64,000 bases of DNA, taken from NCBI RefSeq assembly GCF_001447785.1, contig NW_015172562.1:740861-804860 (forward strand). The letters are read 5' to 3'. The notes under the pieces were generated by a model, which ran no database searches, had not been told where the DNA came from, and worked only from the letters and a program-made list of their open reading frames with translations. Position numbers and translations under genes: made by a program. Shown in pieces: positions 1 to 11,300 of this stretch. The first letter of the stretch is position 1; each line of letters starts with the position of its first letter. Source of the stretch: Gekko japonicus (taxonomy: Eukaryota).

Positions 1-347
1 CAGGGTTAGAGAGAATGCCACGAAGGGCTGACATTTCTGAACTGCTAGCAGAGCTGGGGAAATAATCCAATCCCACACATGCACAGTTGTTCTCAATTCA
101 GCTAATGCAACAATAGGATTTACAAAAAGCATTAACTAACTGTTGGCCCTCCAAAAGAAGAGAGAACTGCAGGATAAAGGAACTAACAAGCAAAGAGCAC
201 TACAAGAAGCGGGGGAAGCATTCATTAGGCCCTAAACAGTAGAGACAAGGTACTATAGCTCCCCCTAGCGTTCAAATAGAGCAAACATACCCTGCATTCG
301 TATTCACATTAATAAAATTGCTCATGTACTGTTGCTTCTCCAACATG

Positions 348-550
348 TAGGGTTGCCAGCTCTGGGCTGGGAAATTCCTGGAGATTTGGGGGGGGTGGAG
401 CCTGGGGAGGGGAGACCTCAGCAGGGTACATTGCCATAGAATCCATCATTCAAAGCAGCCGTTTTCTCCAGGGGAACTGCTCTCTATTGCCTGGAGATCA
501 TTTGTCATTCTGAGAGATATCCAGGTCCCACCAGGAGGTTGGCAAACCTA
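348..550. mobile_element. Non-autonomous hAT-type MITE
   Basis: Terminal inverted repeats (TIRs) TAGGGTTGCCA...TGGCAAACCTA; 8-bp TSD CCAACATG/CCAGCATG. Related fragments near 11935-12185, 12495-12630 and 13190-13290. Confidence 0.8.
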
Positions 551-794
551 CCAGCATGGTCATGGTTAATTGGGACTTTTTATTGATGCCAAATTCTGCA
601 TGGCTTTAGACTTCCAGGTCAAGATGGCCTGGGTTAGAAAAACAGCATTGCGGAGGAGGGGTTGATACCCAGCACTGATATATCAATCAAAAAGCTTAAA
701 CTCAATTTAAAACTTAAGACCAAGTCATATCTCCTTATATGCTGATAGTTTAAGGTGAGTGGTTTTGTTAGACTGTAGTAGTAGAACTAAATCT

Positions 795-872
795 GAGTTG
801 TGTAGCACCATAAGGACCAACAAAATTTTCCAGAGTATAAGCTTTTGTAAATCAAAGCTCTCTTCCTCAGGA
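795..872 (-). mobile_element. Penelope-like terminal repeat remnant with a degenerate hammerhead motif
   Basis: The minus strand reads CTGAGGAAGAGAGC...CAAAAGCTTATAC...TTTTGTTGGTCCTTATGGTGCTAC; same family as 20511-20590 and 51995-52335. Confidence 0.55.
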
Positions 873-3643
873 ACTAGAGTTTACTCCTATGTAGCTTCAG
901 CTGTATGTGTGCCTGTACACACACAGAGAGATATGCATAAACACATGGGTTTTTGTGTGTGGATACACTCACAAAAACGACCTGTGGGGAAAGGAAATGT
1001 TCCAGGCAATTTACAGTCCCAGAAAGGTTAAAATAAATAAAGGAAAGGGGTTTTGGATTTGGTTTTTTTTGGTCATCTTCATGTCAAGAGTGCCTTCAGG
1101 TATTGTGAAGTTCCAGTTAATCTAGCTCTAACTTCTTTCTATAGGGGGGGAATCCATCAACTGGTTTAGGATTGGCAGTTGTGTGACATTGCATGTCTGC
1201 AGTTGGTTCTCCCTTAGTCTACAGGCCCACGAGTCCCTTTTTTATGAAACAACCAGGTAAATGATTTTCTGCTCCTTCTGGTTTATGAGGAGTCAGGTTG
1301 GGAAGGAGGGGGCAGGTGTTAGATTTCTGAGGCCTGGCAGTGCCCCTCCTTGCCCTGCTGTCCACAGACAAAGGCTCCTTGTTCTGTTGGTTTCATAAAA
1401 AGAAAGAGAGAGAGAGAGAGAGAACCCTGCCTCTCTAGGGGAGTGTTGAGGCAGCCGGTTAAGCAAACACACAGGGAAACAGAAATCAGGGTCATGGTCT
1501 CATTTCCTTTCCTGCCCTCCCTTGCCAGGGGCTGGGCTGGGGATGTGGCGTGTGCGTTAAAGCAAGGACGGCCTCATGATCAGCACTGCTGGCCCAGGGC
1601 ATGTTCTTCCTCTGTCAAGTTCCAAGCAGACTCTGGACCTCGCAGTCTCTGTAGCTGCAGTAATTTGTATTGGGACCTTAATAACTCTGAACACAAACAG
1701 ATCTGGCCGCAAACCTTCTCTAAAAAGGATGACTGGGACTTGTTTCCGCAAAGGGCTTACAATGCCCAGGAAGCTGTAATAGGTTTCCTGGATTTAGAAA
1801 AAGACCGCTTCAAATAACTTCTCACAGACTATGAACTCACTGTAAGTTGGGTGGGGACATATTGAAAATTCTAATTGCTTTCAGACACAGTAATTCATGT
1901 CCTTCTACTCGCTATCGTCAAGTGACTTACCTGAGAGATGAGATTCACCTCAAAAGCTCTCCTTTGGGAGACTTGATAAGAACCTATAAAAATTAACTCG
2001 CAGGCAGAAAAAGGCTTTAGCACGAAACCATCTTGAATTGCGGCTTCTTCCATGGAGAGGAGTTTTACTGGACAGCCAGAAAATAGCAGGTGAAACTTTT
2101 CTTGGTATGGAGATGCAGTGTTGGGGGGGGGGGAATAATCAGTTGACTTGTGCTGCTGCTGCTGAGAAAATAACTTTTTAAAATCCTGCTCATCAAGTGT
2201 CCCGTGGCCACACAGAAGCCTGGCTGGGCAAAAGCCTCACCTTGCCCTGTCCACTTTCTAAAAACACTTGGCAGGTGTCAGGGAACATGTTTGGCAGGCA
2301 GTGTAGCACCCACAGGTTCCAAGGTGCGGGCCCTGGTTTATATTTCTCCCTTTCTCAGAACATAGGTTTAGAATTTTTTTTAATGTCTATTAAATTATAT
2401 GGAAACATAAAGTGCAGGAATAATGTTCATTCATGGTGTTTCATGAGGCAGTTGTGGAATAATGACTGCGCCTTTAGAATCTTTATTTTGAGCTAGCTGG
2501 TCCTTCTACAACGTCTTCTGCAAAAGGAACATTTGTAGCGATTTTTCTCCCTCTGGTGGCAGGATATCACATTGTTGCTTGAAGAGTAGAGAAAATGCTT
2601 CTCTTTTACCACCAGGCCAGGATCTGTGTTTACACGGAGTACAGAGGAAAAGATTCCTGACAAACCTTTCACTTTCTTGGAGTCAGAGTGTACAAGTGCA
2701 AATTAAGTCAGAGGAGTTGGCTTCTACCATTTTCTAATCTTTTCTGGAAAATGCTGAATCTGACAAAATGAAGCACTCAATCTACCGTTACGCAAGATTC
2801 CCTACTAAATTAGGAATCAGAATTAGCATGTGTCAATCCATTTTTCAACAGCTCTTCTCAGTCAGAGAGATGCCAGATCCTGCTGAGGTAAAACGTTGCC
2901 TGTACACACTGGCTGGCAAGCATGGTAGTGCAAGGTGGAGGAAGGGGACAGAAGAGGAGGCCCAGTTTTTCCTTCCCCAGCATGGGATGGCAGAGGAAAA
3001 TGTTAACCAAGTAATATGTGAGAGGTCAGAGATAAGGAAGTGAGACAGAACCATCAATCCAATGTCTGAAATGGCTCTTGGTAGCTTTTACTTCATGGAA
3101 AAGTACTTGTGCTTTTCATAGAAACCGATCCATCATCCCAGCTGCTATTAGTTCAGCTAGGTAAAAACAGGCTAGAAGAAACATTAATTGGGAGTGGATG
3201 TGCCAGAGAACAGGACTTGGCTGCATTCAATTGTCATGAACTCACTGTTCAGCCAGTGGGCTAATCATTTTTTGTCATTCCCATCTCCCCATTTGCAAGT
3301 CTTAAATTAGCGTATAGAATGCTTTTTACCTTGTAAATTTAAAAGGCTGTATAAATGAGCAATAGTTTAATTAGCCTCCCTATCTGTTCAGATTGTACAC
3401 CTTGTATTCCAAGCCTTTTCTCCAGGTGATTTGATATATGACACACTTCTTCAGGTTTGGCAATTGCTCTCTTTCATACGGAGATAAAAAACTATTCACA
3501 GGGTGAGCCTGGTGAATACGGATCTTCTTCAGACTTGTCACTGGCCAAGCCCATACAACATTGAGGGGAGACATGTACCTTGGCTATAGGGAATGCCTTT
3601 ATGATGTGCTGTTTTTTCCTCCAGGTTGAAATCAGATGGAAAC

Positions 3644-3722
3644 TGCTGAGTTTAGCATGTGGAGGGATTTGAGGGGCTTAATCTCAATGCTTTAAACTGC
3701 TGAGCAAGGCAGGTCAGATTAA
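3644..3722 (+). promoter_or_regulatory. Rod-type proximal promoter module of GNAT1 (NRL/Maf-like and CRX/OTX sites)
   Basis: TGCTGAGTTTAGCA (3644-3657, MARE-like), TTAATCTC (3678-3685), AT-rich flank plus TGCTGA (3698-3703), AGGTCA (3711-3716), GATTAA (3717-3722). The cluster is about 280-350 bp upstream of the ATG. Confidence 0.6.
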
Positions 3723-3997
3723 AGCAAAGGAGAGGCCCCATGGGTGCATTACACCTGGCTCCTGCTCCCCTGCCTTTGCTTCACGTTGGGCACCACTGAA
3801 CATAGGTGCTGGAAGGGGGAAGGAGTACCAGTTGATCCTCAAACATCTCAAGGGAGCAAGACCAAGGAGGTGCTCACTGCCTGGGGCAGCCAGAACAGAC
3901 GAAACAGATCAAAAGCACTGGAAGCAGCCAGGGGGCTTTCTTGGGCTCTTCCTTTGCTTGCCGAACACTGATAACAACAACAAAAACAAGAGCAACA

Positions 3998-4100
3998 ATG
4001 GGGACAGGAGCTAGTGCTGAGGCAAAACACTCCCGTGAACTGGAGAAGCAGCTGAAGGAAGATGCAGAAGATGCCAGGACAGTCAAGCTACTGCTTCTTG
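3998..4100 (+). CDS. GNAT1: GNAT1 exon 1 coding part ([35 protein letters not shown])
   Basis: ACAATGG Kozak context; donor TTG|GTAAGC at 4101; 3 nt shorter than the canonical 106-nt exon. Confidence 0.95.
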
Positions 4101-7100
4101 GTAAGCCCACCAATCCCACCCCCCCCGCCAGCATCATACCCAAGTTGTCACTGTACTGCTATTACTTCTCTGTTCCCCATACCCCCAACAGCACATACGT
4201 CTTAGCTCTCTGTTGTAAATGGGGAACACTTGGCTGAGGGTGAGGATATACATTAAATCATGGTTGAAACAGAGCAAGTCCTTAGTGTAATGGTGGCCCA
4301 GAAGGACCAAGTGGAACCTGGAGATACCATTGTCCAGTTTTATATCTGGTTTGGCTTCTTGGAAAGCAGCTTCCACTTTAGTCCTCTGAGACTGATAGAG
4401 GGACAGGGAAGAAATATCCACACATATCAAAGGCCACAGAAAGANNNNNNNNNNNNNNNNNNNNNNNNNNNNNNNNNNNNNNNNNNNCTCAAGTTCAAGG
4501 CACCTCCTGTCAGGTATAGCTGTCTGGGTTCTTACATTGGTTTTCTTAAACAGAGGGTCTATGCATTTTAGATCTGCTGCTTGGGTCATTCTCCCTTTAC
4601 TGGTTTAAGTCGATATTTTTGCTGGAAACTGTGACTCATATTTCCAGCAGTTCTAACAGTAGATTACTTACTCTGCTACCTCTTCTAATTAGATTTACAG
4701 AGCTGGGAGGGGGAGCATGAGGTACCTGATGTGAATTCTATATTAGTTGCATAACCACTGAGCATTAAGCCTGCCTCCTCTCTTTAGTGTTTATCTAGGT
4801 TTTGAACTGAAGGTCTCTCACATCCCTGGCCCAGTTCATCCAGAAATACTATGTCGGCTAAGAAGCTGCCTGCTTAAGAGTTGCAATTATATCACTCTGC
4901 TGAATCCTGTTTTTGAAAGATCCTTATAACACCTACTATGTGTGAGAGAGATGTAAAAAGAGGGGAGTGGCAAATCTGTTGAAGTCAATAGGCTTAGAGA
5001 AGGGTGTAACTCTGGCCAGGAGGATACCATTAATCTTGCAAGTGTATAACCATTAGCTAAGGGCCTCAGGAACACCGGCGTCGTGAGCGTGAAATGTCAG
5101 TGTGAGAATGCGATGTTACTTGTTCATTCATCCATACCTTTCTATAGCCCCAAGTACTGTCACCCCACCTCTGTGTTCCGGCAGACTAAACGTGGTGTCG
5201 TGGTTACAGTATCACTCTATGTCCTGGGAGACCCAGGTTCAAACTCTGCCACGGAAGCTTGCTAGGTGACTTTCAGCCTAAGCCACCACATAGGGTTGTT
5301 GTGAACTGTACACTGGAGAAGATGAGAACAGTGTGAGCTGATCTGGGTCCCCACTGGGGGGAAAGGTGGGGTATAAGCAATAAAATCAGCAAGGGCTTTC
5401 TCCCCAGCAGCACTGGGAGACCCACAGGGGCATTACTGCAGTAGCTCTTGCCCCCTTCTTCTATATCACTGTGGATGGTTGGTTGGCATGACTGGCCAAA
5501 ATTCTGTGCACCTTCTGCACAGTAGTCTTCAGTCTGTCATCCTCGCCTGTGATGTCTTCATATCTAAGTATGTCCACATTGTCACTTCTCTGTGAAGTAT
5601 ATGTCTCTAGACTATTTAGGGCCCAGATCTCACCCACAAAAGTGAGCAGTCTTATTCCATTTTAAACCTAAGCTTTGGGGTCTGAGTAATACTCCAAAGC
5701 TCACTTGCTGCAAAACCAGACACACAACCAGGTCTACAACTGAAATGAGTGTCTGGACCGTGACTGAGGAAAATGGGGACTGAAAACAACCCATTCTTTA
5801 ATATATAGCTCTTATAACTGATCTGAAATGGGGAATTATTATTACCAAAGAGAGTTACAAATATAGCTTGTCACTAAAGAGGAAGAGACTGGTACGTCTG
5901 TCATTCCAAAGCACTGTTTATTCCAGTTGGATTTGATTTGATGCTATATGAGGTATCTTGTGTTTGCTTGCTGACCAGGCTTGAAGGCTACATATATGTA
6001 AGGCTATACTCTCCCCCTTGTGAGAGGCAGCAACACTACTGAGGCATACATAAAGTTATGCATGGGATGGAGAGAGTCGACAAAGAGAAATTTTTCTCCC
6101 TCTCCCAAAATACTCGACCTCGAGGGCATCCAATGAAGCTGATGAGCAGTAGGTTCAGGACAGACAAAAAGAAATAACAGAGAGTGATCAAAATGTGGAC
6201 TCATCTGCCAGAGGATGTAGTGGTGGCCACAGGAATAAACAAGCTTTCAAAGGGGATTAGACAGATTTGTGAAGGATAGGTCTATCAGTGGCTACTTGGC
6301 AAAGTGACTGAGAGGAACCTCCACATTCAGAGGCACTAAACCTCTGAATCCCAGAATCAGGCAGCAACATCAGGGAAGGTCTTGGCTTTTATGCCCTCTT
6401 GTTGGCCCTCCAGAGGAACTGGTTGGCCACTGTGTGAGATAGGATGCAGCACTAGATGGACCACTGGTCTCATCCAGCAGGGCTCTTAAGTTCATCAGGG
6501 CCGACTTATCCATTAGGCACAGTAGATACAGTGCCTCGGGCCCACGAAAATGTTTTAATTTCTTTTAAAATCAGAAGAAAAAATGAACTTTTAGGGTTGG
6601 AGAAAATGGTGGTTTTTTCATATCAGAAAAGAATGACATTTTAGGGCCCACAACAATCTATTAAATAATGCCTAAAACAGTAAAAAAGTTGAAGTATTTA
6701 AAGTTATATCAAAAATAATTTTAATATTGATATTATCATTGTGGGAGGGGTCCACAAAGGCAAACATCCCTAAGGCCCACAAAAGTCATAATGCAGTAGG
6801 GCTGCCAAGTGGGGGCGGGTGGCGCAATGTTCCCTCTAAGCTGTGGCATCTTGTGAGCAGAGGTTCTGCTTTGTGAGCGACTGGCATTAAAGTTGTGAGC
6901 AAGTGATTTGGCTACTGCATAAATTAGTTTGCTTTGGAGCCCTCCTTCCTGAGCTAAGAAAAAAATGTGTGAGCTGGAGGCTAAAAAACTGTGAGCTAGC
7001 TCACACTAACTCAGCTTAGAGGGAACACTGGTGGCGGGTAAACCCCCGCTTTGGAGGCCGTTTCCGCCGCCGCAGAATCGGACCCCGGGGGGGCTCTGCC

Positions 7101-8309
7101 CCCCCCCGAAGCACAGTGTGGCTGCGTCACCAAAGGTGACGCAACCACGCCGATCACGTTGGGGGCGTGGCCGCGATCATCGGAGGGAAAACTCTATGGT
7201 TTCCCCTCCGACGATCGGGGCCATGCCCCCAATGTGACTGACGTCGCGCGTCACTTCTGGGATGTGCTGGCAGCGCACACACACATCAGAGGAGAGCTCC
7301 CGGAGCCCGGCGACGCTCCCCCGCTGGTAAGGAGATTCGACTTGGCAACCCTATAATGCAGCCCTGAGTTTCATATGTTTCTTTGAGCATAAAAGTAGGC
7401 AGTGCTGCAGACATTGGTGGGAGGGGGGAGGGTAAAAGCTAAAATCTTCCTCCACATACCATCCAGTATCTGCCATAATGTATGTGCACTGCCATCAGAG
7501 ATAATAAACGATACAAAAATCACTGTGTGAAGACAAGTTATAACAATTTTACTGTTCTTGTAATTAAAAATAGAAACTTTTCCAAATCCTCATACACCCA
7601 AAGTTGCTCAGCAAAACAGTAAATATTGGCAGCCTGCAGAAACTGCGCTTCTGTTCCTTAAAGGAAAACTAGCAACAAGATGACCTGAGACTTCTGTACT
7701 CCAGCAAATAGTTATACAATCCTTATTTTGGTGGCAATTGCATGGTGTATCTTTCAACAGACTAATGTGTCTCCCAGGTAAGGTCATGTTTCTGGTCTTC
7801 ATCAGAGTCAGAAATATACAATTTCCAATCTGGATTTAAAGTATTTATAACAAAGTCTCACCACTTCCTATACTTGAGGAGCAAAACACTTCGAACTCAG
7901 AAGGGTTGGTAGAAGCTTTTCAACATCTGTAATTTCCTTCCATAGCAGCTGGTAGGAGGCAAGCTTAACCCTTTCCTTTCCATGGTATTTCCTTGATTTA
8001 AAAATGCTCCTTCTAGTTTCTCAGTAGAGTGAATACACACAGGCAACCTTTTTAGTTAGTCCAAATAAGGATCAAACTAACTGTGATGGGGGGGGGATCC
8101 TCATGTGTTAATATGAGACACCTGTTCATATGTTAAGAAAGTGGCACATCTGTGAGGGGAGCTAACCCTGCTCCTTCATGTGCCTTACACACACCGTGGT
8201 CTGTTATTATCAACAGTTTCTGTCCCGGGCAGACTCACTTCTAGTACTGGAGAAAGGCTGGGAGAAAATTAAGACTTGAAATGCTATCAGTAATCAATGA
8301 ATGGCAGAG

Positions 8310-8345
<36 letters not shown>

Positions 8346-11300
8346 TCTGATTTATACTGTGTGGCTTTGGTATGGTTTAAATGTTTTCTCATTGATTTTG
8401 AAGTCTGATTAGCAGAAAAGGGAATACAAATACTATAAATAATGGCTTCAAACACTGGAGCAAAGTGGCTTAAGGTGCTGGGCAAGAGGATTTAGCTCTT
8501 CAATTAAAAATAAGCCTTGCCTTCTTTCTTTACTCATAATCAGGAAGCTTTGTGTAAATAATGAGGGGGGGGGGCTTTTTATTATTATATATGTAAGCAT
8601 TTAAGAAGTGCCAGGTTTAGGAATACTGCCATCTAGGGTGGAGGATAAAAACAGATTTCTGGAGAGCTTCACTGAAGTGTTGCCAGGCAACAGTGGAATA
8701 AGCATCTTGACTGGTTCTGTCTGGGGACAAGATGGAGGAGGAGGGCAGGAAGGGAGACTGCAAGGAGCATCTTTTGAGGAGACAGCTGAGGGGACATCTA
8801 AGGAGATACTGCCTTTCAACTGAAGCAAAAGCTTAATCATCCTGAGGGCAATAAAACCTGTGTCAGTGTATCTGACATTCTGATGTTGGGCTCTCCCTGA
8901 CCCAGCCCATACTATTGCCGTCTGGATCCCAGAACCCCTAAAGAAGAGAGAGGTATACATATGTGCATCCCACATTAACAATGACTCTGCTGGGACATCT
9001 TCCTATAAGGAGGAAGCATCTGGGCTCTGAAGACTAAAGAGAAGTATTTTTTTATTCACAACTATACTTCAGGAGTCTATTGGGTTGATCTTTGGCTCTG
9101 TGTATCACAGTCTCATTTTTAGCAGCACAGTTCACTTAAAGCTCCCAATTATCATTTCCTTTTCCCATCTTTAAATAAATAACTAAATAAGAGCTGTTTT
9201 TAACATTTCATTTCAGGTTTGAATGAGATGCAACTGCTTTGCAAGTACAAGTATGTCCCTTGCTGCTGATAGGAGGTTAAGCAGGGCTCATTTAATGGCC
9301 ACAGCACCTGCTTTCTTGGGTTGCTAAAGGCCTCCCTGTGTCCACTATGCAAGCAAAAAAATTAACAGCATACACAACAGAGGTGCTGTCTTCTCTTCTT
9401 TGCGGCTGAGTCTGAGAGGATACTTTCAGTGAGCAGTACAGTTTATCCCAATTGAACGGAGAGAAAAAAATTACAGGCTTCCAAGGGAAACAAAACTGAA
9501 CTAAGTAACTTTTAACAAGTAGTTGTAAGACCATTACAGCAGCTGTGCTGGTTTGGACCAATGGTCCTTCTCGTCTAGCATCCTGTTTCCCACAGTGGCT
9601 TACCAAATGTCCCACGAAAACCAACAAGCAGGGCTCAGAGGCTGAAGCCTTCCTCTGTTGCTTTCCCCTGAAACTGGTATACAGAAATGCACTGCCTCAA
9701 ATTTGGAAGTTGCAATAAAGAATTCAGTGCAACTGATTTGAGATTTTAAATCGACAATGAGCTAAAAATAAAAAAGAAAGCATGGACATCCCTAGTCTAG
9801 AGGGAAGTTTGCTGTTATCTGCCATAAACCATGGGGAAAAGCCAGGAAAAAAGGTATTTTGTGAGTTTTAAGCAAGAATAGTCAAAGGAAGAACATGAAG
9901 GGATTCAAGGCATGTTTTTAATGTGTAAATTATAATAAGTTTGAAAAGTTTATTTTCTTTATGTTACTTATCTCCAGTCATGTAACCTGAAAAGGAAAAA
10001 CTGAATAGAGCTTTGAGCTCTAAGAACATTTTCCCCAAACATATCTTCCTTCTCCAGACAATTCTCAAAATCTGAGCAAAGCAATGAACGTTTCAGAACA
10101 ATTCATTTCAAGATCTATAGCTTTGGACCAAACTGATCAATGTAGAAAAGCTACAATGTCATGCATAAAATCTAAATGTTACAATGAAGTAGATTTAAGA
10201 TAGTGATTGTCCCTAAAATGCAATACTAATGGTATGGATCATATGAAGAATGGAAGTAGCATTACACCATTAGCTCATAAAGTAGCCATGTGACACTATA
10301 AAGAATAACAAAAAAAAATATTCCAGTAGATGTTTTGCAGATTAGAACCGAGTTCTTCAGAAACGTTGGACAATACTAGCGTGAATCCTCACTAGCAGGA
10401 TGTAAGAGGATGAGCGAAAAACAGTAGAGTCAAGGAGCCATAAAATACAAGTGGTATGAGATGAAATATAATTAGTGGACGGTCTATAATTCAGATCTAA
10501 TCAAGTGAAAACATTAGATAATTCACTAATTATAGTCTTAGCAAGGCATTGGATCACATAAGCTACTGTTGGGTCTCAGGCATTCTCCAAGTCAATCTCT
10601 TTTGCCAGGAGATTACTCTGACTGAAGCGGGAACCTTCAACATGCAACACACGTACCCTCCCATCAGTGCTATAAAACTATTGGAGGCAAAGGGAAGGAT
10701 ATCAGAGGATTCAGGCATTATTAGCACCTCACATACTTATAAGTTTTAATGTAGATTTGGTAAATTACTGAATGGTTGATTTCCCAATGTGTGGATATTG
10801 TGCCATTGATGGAGTTAGCTTTCTAGGACTGATACAGAGTGATCTTTTTTGTTCTAACAGGGGCTGGAGAATCTGGCAAAAGCACCATTGTCAAGCAAAT
10901 GAAGTAAGTTTTTGCACAGGCAACAATTCTTAGCCATTCCCTGAAGCAGCATTCAAAGAGTGAGGATGGCAGTAGGATTTTTTCCCCAATCAAGTGCTTT
11001 GCTCTATGGCACTCCTGTCTGGGAGACTGGTAATGTAGAAGTTGGGTACTTCCTGAACAGTCATGGCTGTTCCTCCAGTTGTTGTAGTGCTCTCATGGAA
11101 TGCCTCACACATTATGTCTTAAGAGTATACCTAAGACATTTTAAGCATGCACAAAATTCCAAACAAAACTGGAAAACAAATCATATGACATTCCTGATTC
11201 CATGGCCCTCCAAATTATATTTCCCCTTGTAATCCCCTTTTGGTTGCCCTGTGTCCTGACAGTATCATGTTCTGGATTCATTTCCTCCTCTTAACTTCCA

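Larger units (their letters stand above)
6496..7366. mobile_element. hAT-type MITE A (outer element of a nested trio)
   Basis: TIRs CAGGGC...GCCCTG; imperfect flanks AAGTTCAT/AGTTTCAT. Confidence 0.65.

Noticed and set aside
1000-2500. Possible exon or promoter of an upstream neighbouring gene (ORF 1350..1817, donor-like GTAAGT at about 1842)
   Set aside because: No recognisable peptide or consistent exon structure; cannot be supported without alignment.
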